From the IMG/VR virus record IMGVR_UViG_3300037801_000099, positions 1 through 51,371 of that record: 51,371 nucleotides of DNA. One strand, given 5' to 3'. Both the position numbers and the translations under genes were made by a program. The notes under the pieces are model-generated. The model made no database searches. It was not told the origin of the DNA and saw only the letters and a program-made list of their open reading frames with translations. Source of the DNA: a virus (Duplodnaviria > Caudoviricetes). Shown piece after piece: positions 44,887 through 51,371 of this stretch (positions within the stretch are counted from its first letter, which is position 1; each line of letters opens with the position of its first letter).

Positions 44887-45267
44887 CTATGAGTTAAGTA
44901 TTGATTCCCACGCGGCTTCTCGGGCATCAGTATCAACCGTTCTACCAAGCGCTTTATTAACAGCCGCTGCTTTCGGGTAGCCATCGGTTTTAAAATTCTT
45001 TGGATCACCTTCGTCCATCATCTTCTCGAGACAAGTAACGAGCTCTTCATCAAGCTGTGCAGGTTCCTGTACAGTGACCTCTTCTTCGAACTCGACGACC
45101 TCAGCCGTCTCTTCTTCAACGACTTTGTCGTTGTATTCTTTCGCGCCCATTTGGATGGCTAGTAAGCCGATCTCTTCGGCGATTTCTCTGGGTACACCCG
45201 CTTCAAACAAAACTGCTGTACCACCTAGGGTTGTGACTCGTAACGGTTCACTACTTACAATCTTCAT
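44887..45267 (-). CDS. Hypothetical virion-module protein
   Basis: ORF downstream of the capsid gene; C-terminal F..DG.PK..AV motif. Confidence 0.75.
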   Translation of the reverse strand: MKIVSSEPLRVTTLGGTAVLFEAGVPREIAEEIGLLAIQMGAKEYNDKVVEEETAEVVEFEEEVTVQEPAQLDEELVTCLEKMMDEGDPKNFKTDGYPKAAAVNKALGRTVDTDAREAAWESILNS

Positions 45268-45280
45268 GATTAATACCTTT

Positions 45281-45310
45281 AGAAAAGAAAGCCCCCTCCG
45301 GAGAGGGGGC
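45281..45310 (-). terminator. Intrinsic terminator after the capsid gene
   Basis: GCCCCCTC-TCCG-GAGGGGGC followed by TTTCTTTT on the - strand. Confidence 0.88.
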
Positions 45311-45317
45311 GATAGTC

Positions 45318-46466
45318 TTACTGGGCAGTATCGAGAGCGATAACACCGAAGTCCTGTACAGAGCCACTTACGTCGCTGTTGTACTTAGGCTTACGGAGAC
45401 CGAAGATCTTGCCTACAGAGATACCTGACTGGTTGCCATAGTCGAAGGTGTCTTCAACCATTTCAGGCAGACCGATGTCAGCCAGTGCCAGAGCCTGAGC
45501 ACCACAGAACAGAGCACGTCCACCAACAACGTCAGCGTCAGCACCCCACTTGTAGCCAGCTGCGCCAGCGTTAGAGGAAGTACCAGTAGTTGCGCCAGAA
45601 GTGTTAAACACGTGGCGGAACTCGTGGATCATTACACCGTCAACCATCAACGAGGCAGAACCAGAGAACAGGCTGTTGCCAGTTCCTCGAACACCAGCGT
45701 TACGAACGTTGGCAAGGAAGTCAGAATCTAACTTCAGGTCAGCCATCTGCTGAGGAGTAACGAACATGTGGAAAGTTTCTTGGTTACCAGCACCACGGAT
45801 ACCACGGATGTAGTTGTCTTTGGCATAAGCCTTCAACTCTACGATTGTGCGGTAGCCGATCTTGTCAGCAGCAGCGACAGCAGTAGTGTCACCAGCAACT
45901 AGACCGCTAGTAGCGTCCCAACGACGGTGACGATCACCAGTTGGAGCAGAAACGTCTGATGCAAACTCCAGATCTACCAACTCGTGGCCAGCAGAAGAAG
46001 AAGTAGTACGCAGACCACCATTGTTTTTGTGAGTGAAAGCAACACCTGACAAAGTCAAGAATGCCAACTGGTCACAACGGTCAGCCATTGCATAAGCAAG
46101 TGCGTCGCGAGACTGCTCACGGAAGTTAACTACAGTCTTCTGGTCGGTCATACGGCCAGCGATGCGGTTAGCAAAACGTAACTGATCCAGCTCAATGGTG
46201 ATGTCATACGCGCGGAGGGCTTCTTCGTTGCCTTCCAAAGTATTGTCACCAGTGATGCCGTCGCCAGTCATGTCAGCGAGCAAAGTGATGTTAGCTTTTG
46301 TGCCTTTCTGGTTCTTAGTCAGTTCAGTAACTCGCTGAACCATTGCGTTTGAACCTGAACCAGCGAACTGGTTGATGAAAGATTGGTTGCGAGCAACTTT
46401 CCAGAAGTCGCGGCTCCAAGTTTGGAGTTGGTCGCCTGTAAGCGTACCGAAATTAGTTAAAGCCAT
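45318..46466 (-). CDS. Major capsid protein (N4-gp56/DUF4043 type)
   Basis: G.GI.GDNTLEGNEEAL, IELDQLRFA, DYGNQ.GISVGKI.GLRKP, DFGVI. Confidence 0.92.
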   Translation of the reverse strand: MALTNFGTLTGDQLQTWSRDFWKVARNQSFINQFAGSGSNAMVQRVTELTKNQKGTKANITLLADMTGDGITGDNTLEGNEEALRAYDITIELDQLRFANRIAGRMTDQKTVVNFREQSRDALAYAMADRCDQLAFLTLSGVAFTHKNNGGLRTTSSSAGHELVDLEFASDVSAPTGDRHRRWDATSGLVAGDTTAVAAADKIGYRTIVELKAYAKDNYIRGIRGAGNQETFHMFVTPQQMADLKLDSDFLANVRNAGVRGTGNSLFSGSASLMVDGVMIHEFRHVFNTSGATTGTSSNAGAAGYKWGADADVVGGRALFCGAQALALADIGLPEMVEDTFDYGNQSGISVGKIFGLRKPKYNSDVSGSVQDFGVIALDTAQ

Positions 46467-46499
46467 GATGGCCTCCTGTTAAATAGACAAATAAATTCA

Positions 46500-46680
46500 T
46501 GCGGCACACGCCGCCTTATCAGCCGACTTAAAGGAGCGGCTAATCCGTATTCCCGTATCGTGGGACAACGAACTAGCGCTTATTTACGAGGTGCGACCTC
46601 GGCAGGTTTTACGCCTTGTGCAGGCGAGGAATACGTTTTTTACGGCTACGGGCCGACCCCATATCGTAGGGATGGACGTA
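46500..46680 (-). ncRNA. Putative structured 5' leader RNA of the capsid gene
   Basis: Multiple hairpins with repeated loop and tail motifs (ACGAUA; CGUAAA) between promoter and RBS. Confidence 0.55.
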
Positions 46681-46686
46681 TAGAGC

Positions 46687-46715
46687 ATATTAGTATAGCT
46701 AATATTACAATGCAA
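46687..46715 (-). promoter_or_regulatory. Sigma70 promoter TTGCAT-N17-TAATAT with operator TATTAG-TATAG-CTAATA (46688-46704)
   Basis: 17-bp spacer; perfect operator over the -10. Confidence 0.82.
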
Positions 46716-46718
46716 CCA

Positions 46719-47114
46719 CTATCTATGGCGGGCTGTTTTCTTGGCTATCTTCTTAGGCTGTTTCGAAAACTGCTTACCAGCTTTTGTATCAGCACGCTTC
46801 TTACGAGAGGTTGCGGCGTACTCTTTCTTACTGAGGGACTCTCTGGCTTTCTTCGGTAAGTACCGCTCGCCGGTAGCCTTGCTACCCTGTGTGCTGTTCT
46901 TCCCGCTCTTGGTGCCCCACTTCTCTTTAGTCCACTTCGAGAGAGATTTCTGCGCCTTTGTCTTTGCGCCACTGTAGCCTCCACCAGCTTTTTTATAGCG
47001 TTGGGTCGCGAGTTGGGCTTTACGAGCACTCCACTGTCCAGCTTTGCCGCCCTTCGAGCTTGCTTTTACATCGGCAACGATGCGTTTCCACAGCTTTTCG
47101 TTGGTTCTGGCCAT
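46719..47114 (-). CDS. Highly basic phage protein (DUF5872-like)
   Basis: GGKAGQWSARKAQL..YKKAGGGY, SLSKWTKEKW, RYLP. Confidence 0.75.
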   Translation of the reverse strand: MARTNEKLWKRIVADVKASSKGGKAGQWSARKAQLATQRYKKAGGGYSGAKTKAQKSLSKWTKEKWGTKSGKNSTQGSKATGERYLPKKARESLSKKEYAATSRKKRADTKAGKQFSKQPKKIAKKTARHR

Positions 47115-47118
47115 CAGA

Positions 47119-47409
47119 TCACCACTTAACTTTGTTAGCCCAATAAGCCGCGCTCATTTTTCCTTTGGATATGTTTCGACGGTGCCGCGCTTTGAAGCTA
47201 GCTCGCTTCTTCTTCATCTTTTCAGACTCGCCTTTCTTCGGTTTACCCGCGGTCTTCGCTCCTTGCTCACCAAAACGTATGGTTTTGATCTTATCGCCCT
47301 CTTTTGCCACCACAATGTGCGACTTCTTAGGGTGATTAGGCGTCCTTTTCGGCTTGTTAAAGCCCGAGACTCCAGCTCGGGCTAATCGTGGGTCTTTTTT
47401 TACTGGCAT
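47119..47409 (-). CDS. Highly basic phage protein
   Basis: IRFG.QG, SFKARH, SAAYWANKVKW. Confidence 0.78.
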   Translation of the reverse strand: MPVKKDPRLARAGVSGFNKPKRTPNHPKKSHIVVAKEGDKIKTIRFGEQGAKTAGKPKKGESEKMKKKRASFKARHRRNISKGKMSAAYWANKVKW

Positions 47410-47420
47410 AACTCACCTCG

Positions 47421-48449
47421 TTATAAAATATCGCCTCGTAAACGCTTGATTGTGGCTTCAGGCAGGGCATCAAACTCTTCTTCCGTCATAGTTGAGAGAT
47501 CAAGAGCCTTCTCACCGTGAGTCGATGAGCTTTCACCTGGTAGTTCTGGAGGTTGTGCGTCGGCAGCTTTCAGTTTCTTGCTGACTTGTGCTCGTTTTTT
47601 AGCCAGTTCGTCAGTTTTCTGCGCCTTCCCAGCCAAACTCGGAACACTTTCTTGCGCTTGGTCTAAGTCGTGGTCTTTCACAACGTATTTGACAGCTTTT
47701 GATAGCGCATCTACTGCTTCGTAGCCCTTCATGATGAACGCGTCGCGGAGCTCAACGACTTCATTAGTCATATCTTCATTGAAATCATCGGAATTTCGAT
47801 CAAAAACAGGGTATGCATCTTCCATAGCACTGGCGGCTTGTTGTAATGCAGTCATCTGGCGGTCTTGATTCACCGTCTGACTCATTTCTTGGCGCATTTC
47901 GTACTCTAACTGCTCGCGTTCGGCCTTTCGGATCTCTCTGCGGAGAGCAACTGCTTTCTCCGTTTCGCCATCAAGTACCATATTTTGGTATTCGACTTCT
48001 TTCGCATCGAAATCGTAAGATTCGGGCGCTTCCTCTGCTTTTTCATTTGCTGCATTTATCTCATCAAGTTGCTTTTGTAACGCTTTTTGCTTTGCTAACA
48101 CCTCATCGAGGCGAGCTTTTGGAACCATCGGCTTCTTAGCGGGCTTTTCCTTCGCTACTGGCTCCTCTTCGGCCTCTACTTCTGCGTCGTCCTGTTCAGT
48201 TCCCTCTTCGGGCTGTTCGACGCTTTCATCTTCGGCCACAGTTTCTTCGGATTCTTCGGCAACGGGTTCTTCCGTCTCGTCCTCTGCCACAACTTCTTCC
48301 TCTTCAGCAACTTTTTCTGGCTCCTCTTCAGGTGTGTCGAAACTCAAATCCAGCTGAGGGCCATCATCTTCTTCGGGCTTATCAGCCCCAGGCATTACGT
48401 CAAACTCAATTGGCTTATCTTCTGCTACTTCATCTTTTTGCTTACTCAT
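47421..48449 (-). CDS. Capsid scaffolding protein
   Basis: Very acidic N-half, VPKARLDEV, coiled coil, C-terminal MTEEEFDALPE; lies between portal and capsid. Confidence 0.82.
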   Translation of the reverse strand: MSKQKDEVAEDKPIEFDVMPGADKPEEDDGPQLDLSFDTPEEEPEKVAEEEEVVAEDETEEPVAEESEETVAEDESVEQPEEGTEQDDAEVEAEEEPVAKEKPAKKPMVPKARLDEVLAKQKALQKQLDEINAANEKAEEAPESYDFDAKEVEYQNMVLDGETEKAVALRREIRKAEREQLEYEMRQEMSQTVNQDRQMTALQQAASAMEDAYPVFDRNSDDFNEDMTNEVVELRDAFIMKGYEAVDALSKAVKYVVKDHDLDQAQESVPSLAGKAQKTDELAKKRAQVSKKLKAADAQPPELPGESSSTHGEKALDLSTMTEEEFDALPEATIKRLRGDIL

Positions 48450-50570
48450 TTAAGAACTCCTGTTAGTCCTGTTGGTGTTTTGAAACGCTGCCGTGGCCAA
48501 CTTAGTTGCAGCGGAGGTTTGCGTTGCGTTTTCGCGCTGAGTATTCGTGGCGGAAGCCAACTCGCGACGCAGTTGCAACTGTTCTTGGTTGATTTGGATC
48601 TTGGTTTGCAGCTCAGCCATGCGGATCTGCGGATCAATGTCAGCTTTATCCTGTGCCTTGGCGATGTTCATTGCAGCTTCGGACTGGAGCTTCTTAACTT
48701 CAGCTTCCAGCTTCATAATTTCCAGCTGGATCTGCTGTTGCTGAATCGCTTGCTGTTGCTGCATTGCTGCCAATTGTTCTTCAGTCGGCGGCTCTTGACC
48801 TGTCATCTGGCGAATACGTTTCGCTAGCTGACCTTTACGGGCCAAGTGGCTGTACTCGATGATTGCGTCGTCAGGTACTACGACGCCTGCTTGTCGTAAC
48901 GCGATAGCTTCAGCGAACTGAACTTCATCGAAGCTGTCTCTCGCTGGTGCAGTGGCAACAATCACATCGTACTCACCAAGAGTTAGGTCATTAATCACTC
49001 GACCTTCAGGTGTTTCTTGGTTCACGACCATTTCTTCGCGAGGTTTCAACGGGTCATCTTCATTAGTCACTTGGATGACGCGCTGTTCTGTATAAAAAGT
49101 CTGTATCAGATTCAGTACAGACTCTGCTAAGTACTGCCGTGCCTTACGTAGGTTGTCGAGCGGTACTTGAATCATTACCGCGCCGCGGTTCTGTTTAGCT
49201 TGGATCGCGACACCAGATACTTCTGCGCTATCAGAGCCCAACATGCTGTCGTTAACACCTGAGATAGTCTTAATATTTGCCGCGGCTTTCTGAGCGATAC
49301 GGTCTAGACCCGTAGGAATCTGGTTGGCTCCGATCTTTTGGGGTGGTGTAGTTCCTCGAGCGTATTCAAGTACTAGACCAGTCTCAGCACCGTGCTCCTC
49401 GAGGTCATCGGCAGTCATACCTACCAATGAACCACTCTCTACCATCCAACCACTATTAGCTGTGGTATTAACTATATGCAGCTCTTGGCTGGCAATCTTG
49501 TTCAACTGCTCCTGTGGTGAAAGGAGGTTACGAACAACACCAAATGGTCGGCCTCTGCGGAAGTAGCAGAAGAAAGGAATAATTGTGAACTGGTTATATG
49601 GCGACCAGTCGTCATGCAAAACAACTTTGTCGCAGGTAACAGTCCAACGAATCTTGCGAATAACCTTACTAATCAAAGTCAGGTTGTACTGTTTAGCAAA
49701 CTTCTTGTTTTTACTTTCACTCCACTCATCAGGAGCTTGGCGTTGGTCACCTGTATCGGGGTCGACGAAGAAAAACGCGCGGCTCAGCTTCTTGTGCTGG
49801 CGCTCCACGACGCGCAGTGCTTTTACATTGCGGTACTCTTCGTCCCCAGGAACTCCCGCTCCGAAATAATCGTCGTTTGTTTCCGTATCTCCGAAACGTG
49901 TCTCCTGATATTCCACAGAGTCAGGCCCAAAGCTCATACCGTTTTCAGCTACGAATAAAAGACGCTCTGCGCACTTCTTACCGTACAACTCCTCGATCTC
50001 ATCGAGAGTCATCCACTTAGTTTCGAACACCTCGTTCCAAGTCTTGGGGTCAGCATCTTTAGCGTCTGGGTCGATAAGTATGTCTAACGGGTCTTTGGCC
50101 GTGATGCGGATCTCACCTTCAACGTGGTCACTGAAGTCCATACGAACATCGAAGTAGCCGCGACCGTCCATAATCAGGCCATCACTGAATACTTGCTGCT
50201 CCACCCAATCCAACTTGTTGTTGTCGGAAATTTGCATGTACAACTTAGTCAGGGTGTGGGCTACATCCTCGTCGCCGCCTCTTCGCGGCTTGAACTGTAT
50301 GTCTGCTCTGCGGGTTGCTTGCTCACCAAGAATGCTATTAATAGTAGGAAGAATGGTATTGATGGTCAGGGCGGGGCGACCTTCTTGTTCTAGTGCAGAC
50401 TCATCATCTGGGTCCCACTGATCACCTTGATAGTACTCATCACATTTAAGTGCCATCTCTACATAATCTAAGTGCCCGTTGTCTCGTGCGCGCTCATATC
50501 GAGCCCACTGAGTACGGGTTATTTCTTCTTCCTTTGCAGGATCTACCTTCTTTGATTTTTTGTATGCCAT
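48450..50570 (-). CDS. Portal protein (P22-like)
   Basis: YYQGDQW, RPALTIN.I, PFF, Q..LNK..S, SGVAI, Gln-rich barrel tail. Confidence 0.92.
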   Translation of the reverse strand: MAYKKSKKVDPAKEEEITRTQWARYERARDNGHLDYVEMALKCDEYYQGDQWDPDDESALEQEGRPALTINTILPTINSILGEQATRRADIQFKPRRGGDEDVAHTLTKLYMQISDNNKLDWVEQQVFSDGLIMDGRGYFDVRMDFSDHVEGEIRITAKDPLDILIDPDAKDADPKTWNEVFETKWMTLDEIEELYGKKCAERLLFVAENGMSFGPDSVEYQETRFGDTETNDDYFGAGVPGDEEYRNVKALRVVERQHKKLSRAFFFVDPDTGDQRQAPDEWSESKNKKFAKQYNLTLISKVIRKIRWTVTCDKVVLHDDWSPYNQFTIIPFFCYFRRGRPFGVVRNLLSPQEQLNKIASQELHIVNTTANSGWMVESGSLVGMTADDLEEHGAETGLVLEYARGTTPPQKIGANQIPTGLDRIAQKAAANIKTISGVNDSMLGSDSAEVSGVAIQAKQNRGAVMIQVPLDNLRKARQYLAESVLNLIQTFYTEQRVIQVTNEDDPLKPREEMVVNQETPEGRVINDLTLGEYDVIVATAPARDSFDEVQFAEAIALRQAGVVVPDDAIIEYSHLARKGQLAKRIRQMTGQEPPTEEQLAAMQQQQAIQQQQIQLEIMKLEAEVKKLQSEAAMNIAKAQDKADIDPQIRMAELQTKIQINQEQLQLRRELASATNTQRENATQTSAATKLATAAFQNTNRTNRSS

Positions 50571-50572
50571 CG

Positions 50573-51370
50573 TTATGCGCTCATAGCTGATTTAGTGCGT
50601 TCGCCTTTAAGTAATCCAGGGAGCCTGTCTCTCCAACTTGGTACGTGTTCAACCTTCTCTACGAAGGTGCTGAACTCGGTCATCATCAAACCGATCCAAG
50701 CCAAGGCATCTACCTGGTCGTCGTGAACCCCATTCGGGAAGCGCAATAACTCTGCTACCAAAGGGCCAGTAAACTCTTCATCTCTGGGCATAAACACCAT
50801 GCCCTGTTGCATCCGACCTTGGATCGCCCGTGCTCGTGCTTCTTTATCTCTGCGTCCTGTTTTGAGGTCCTTGAAATACGCCTCATATAGTCCGCGTTCA
50901 CGAACACGCTTCTCGAGGAACGGCCCGAGGGCCATCTCGATGTGTCCTTTCTCAATACCAATTATTGATGGCTTCCAGACCTCATATAGATCGAGTATCT
51001 GCTCAACCAATTCGAAACCATCAAAACGACCACGCACTATGTCCATTACAAACATCTGGTCGTACTCGTCGACGCCTACAACGATGCCGACGGTGTAGTC
51101 GTTTCTATCGTTCTTACCGATCGCCAAGTCCCATGCGCAGTAGTAACGCATACGGTCTTCATCTATCTCTTCGCGGTCGTAGTACTGCACCATGTCTCTG
51201 GTGAAGTAATCACCATCGTCTGCTACAGGATTCTGCTGATACAACGCAGACCAATCTCGTGGTCCAACGGCCTTCTCTATACGAGACAGCGCCTCCTCGT
51301 CGTAGCGCTCCCTGTGTAGCGCCTCACCCTGCTTCCGGAACTGCTCATCAACTTCAGCTCTTGCTGGGTA
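50573..51370 (-). CDS. terL: Terminase large subunit, C-terminal nuclease part (5'-truncated)
   Basis: Frame open to the window end; LYQQNP, WDLA, DYTV, FPNGVHDDQVDA. Confidence 0.93.
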   Translation of the reverse strand, partial: YPARAEVDEQFRKQGEALHRERYDEEALSRIEKAVGPRDWSALYQQNPVADDGDYFTRDMVQYYDREEIDEDRMRYYCAWDLAIGKNDRNDYTVGIVVGVDEYDQMFVMDIVRGRFDGFELVEQILDLYEVWKPSIIGIEKGHIEMALGPFLEKRVRERGLYEAYFKDLKTGRRDKEARARAIQGRMQQGMVFMPRDEEFTGPLVAELLRFPNGVHDDQVDALAWIGLMMTEFSTFVEKVEHVPSWRDRLPGLLKGERTKSAMSA

Positions 51371-51371
51371 G

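Larger units (their letters stand above)
1..51371. mobile_element. Temperate tailed bacteriophage genome (near complete; podovirus-like, N4-gp56-type capsid)
   Basis: Terminase, portal, scaffold, capsid, ejection, lysis, replication, integrase, repressor and an intact attP are all present; no host housekeeping genes seen. Confidence 0.96.

Noticed and set aside
46560-46859. 99-aa + strand ORF over the capsid leader
   Set aside because: Opposes the module orientation and overlaps the promoter, operator and a real - strand gene
49454-49470. Operator-like TATTAG-CTGTG-GTATTA in the portal gene (similar cases at 39196 and 19785)
   Set aside because: Two mismatches and within or at the end of coding sequence; could be chance, so not counted

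Overview
The window is most of the genome of a temperate, short-tailed (podovirus-type) dsDNA phage with two convergent arms. The host is probably a marine proteobacterium, inferred from a CsrA homolog and sigma70 promoters. The + arm (1-18445) carries small early genes, a MoxR-AAA/Nmad5-like/VWA-metallopeptidase trio, a family A DNA polymerase (Leu762 type), CsrA, a primase-helicase, a Cas4-like nuclease, a GP88-like protein, an SNF2 helicase, an SSB-like protein, a VRR-NUC-like nuclease, a lambda CI-like repressor and an excisionase. A tyrosine integrase and an attP matching a tRNA-Ser 3' end sit at the junction. The - arm (19643-51371) carries terminase (truncated), portal, scaffold, N4-gp56-type capsid, adaptors, ejection proteins (one of 2560 aa), lysis genes and a large fibre module. 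Main observations: (1) a Thr/Ser-rich protein whose two arms are complementary residue by residue, with 26 aromatic-basic pairs at i+j=441, implying a roughly 40 nm beta-hairpin stalk; (2) two glycosyltransferase-like genes just downstream, a candidate virion-glycosylation module; (3) a 17-bp palindromic operator TATTAG-N5-CTAATA with at least 7 perfect and 4 near-perfect copies across both arms; (4) two structured non-coding regions; (5) a phage CsrA. Family assignments come from motif recognition by eye; no searches were run.
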